Assembly: GCA_951406725.2 (NCBI GenBank)
Contig: OX597821.1
Coordinates: forward strand, 25,048,001-25,112,000
DNA from: Octopus vulgaris
Taxonomy: Eukaryota
Length of the DNA: 64,000 bases
Direction: 5' to 3'
A model generated the notes under the pieces. The model was not told the DNA's origin. It was given only the letters and a program-made list of their open reading frames with translations, and did no database searches. Made by a program: the position numbers and the translations under genes. Shown one piece after another: positions 62,567 to 64,000 of the stretch (within the stretch, counting starts at the first letter, position 1; each line of letters opens with the position of its first letter).

Positions 62567-64000
62567 GGAAGTGACATACAGTGGATGCCCTCAAAAGAAA
62601 CCTATGGAAAAAAAACTATTTCACATCAAGGTTACAAATGGGCCTTTTATGAAATATTTACTGTGTTTTTAAAGTTATTTTCACTTGAAAATATTTTGCC
62701 CATCATAATGTGTCTAACGGAAAGGTTAGAGTTTCTTCCCTTTCAGGGTTAAGTCATTTTCAGAGTATTTTCCTTTATGCACCCAAATATCTCAATAACC
62801 ACTGGTCCAATTTATGTGAAACTTGTTTTATTCCATTTGTATTCACATTTCAGGGGCACTTTACTTTCAAAGTATTTTCCCATTATGCGCCTGTTTGGCT
62901 GTGTAACATTGCAAGCAAGCAAGATTGAAGTTCATTTTTAATGTATTATAGATAGATATTTATACTGATGTGTGTGTCTGTGTTTGTCCCACATCACACC
63001 TTCACAACCAGTGTTGATGTGTTTACATCCCTGTAATTTAGTGGTTCAGTAAAAGAGACTGACTTAATAAATACCAGGCTTAAAAACAATAAGTTCTGGA
63101 GTTAATTTGATTAAAATTCAAGGCGGTATCCCAACATGGTCACAGCCATGTTGTTTTACTGAAACAAGTAAAAGATAAAAGATAAATAAAAGTAAAATAA
63201 CATAGTATCAAGTTCCTTTGATTCATCAACATTTTACATACAAGACACCGTCCTTAGATCCCATGAAGCCACTACTGTATTCAGATTATCAAAACAAAAT
63301 CTTTTACTGTATATACACACAGACACACATTAGTGCATACACACAAATGAGCTAAAGAAAGGGCCCCTACATGGCAACATGACTTGCTAAAAATAGCAGT
63401 TAAATCCCCTTCAAATTACACCTTACTATCTTACAAGAGGGAAGGAGACATGAATTAAGGATACATTATACCTGAGACAATGACAAGATGATCCTGGTTT
63501 AAATACAATCTGCTCAATCAGGTTTGACCTAAGGCGAAACAATGAAACAAGACCCATAACTCTTGGGTCACCCCTAAAGACAATGTCTATGTAGTGAAGC
63601 TTGTGCGCACAGTGGTTTATCAGCCAATCACCATTTAGGCAAACATCATGAAAGAGAATTTTCAACTTAATTGGTCCTTTTATTTTCCAGGGGTCTTTTT
63701 TTTTTTTTTTAATAACACAACTATAAGATCGTAATTTCAATTCCAAGACTGAGCAGTGTGTTGATTATGATGAGGCAAAAAGCTGGCAGAATCATTAGCA
63801 TATTGGACAAAATGCATAGTAGCATTTCTTCTATTTCCATTCTGAGCTCAAATTCTACTGATGTTGGCTTTGCCTTATCATCCTTTCAAGGTCAATAAAA
63901 TACGTAGCAGCTGAAATTGGAGGGGAAGTCACAGTAACTGACCTAATCACTCCACTAAAATTGTTAGCCTTGTACCAAATTTTGAAACCACTATTATTAT

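Overview
AT-rich, repeat-dense animal DNA, most likely an octopus (inferred from the tRNA-derived SINE families, TA/CA microsatellites and RTE/CR1/Penelope/mariner mix). One protein-coding gene is supported: a minus-strand RB1CC1/FIP200 (Atg11/Atg17-family autophagy scaffold). I assembled 15 coding exons by hand, from ATG 36922 (gccaccATG) down to 10682. All have GT-AG boundaries and consistent phases and total 3198 nt (1066 codons). The C-terminal coiled-coil/Claw exons were not found and probably lie left of the window. A candidate non-coding first exon/promoter sits near 60.2-60.7 kb. The introns are packed with SINEs, LINE ends (RTE, CR1), a Penelope GIY-YIG remnant, mariner, piggyBac-, hAT- and Merlin-like MITEs and foldbacks. 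Most notable observations: (1) a complete type I hammerhead ribozyme core in a ~250-nt structured element inside a (TA)n tract, in the sense orientation of the RB1CC1 intron, plus further hammerhead-like relics; (2) the start exon is open in the FIP200 frame along its whole length except for one UAG five codons before the ATG (a possible A-to-I stop-loss or readthrough switch), and it also carries an 86-codon uORF; (3) read-through of the large exon gives a tail-anchor-like hydrophobic C-terminus. Protein similarities are from recalled family motifs, not database searches.
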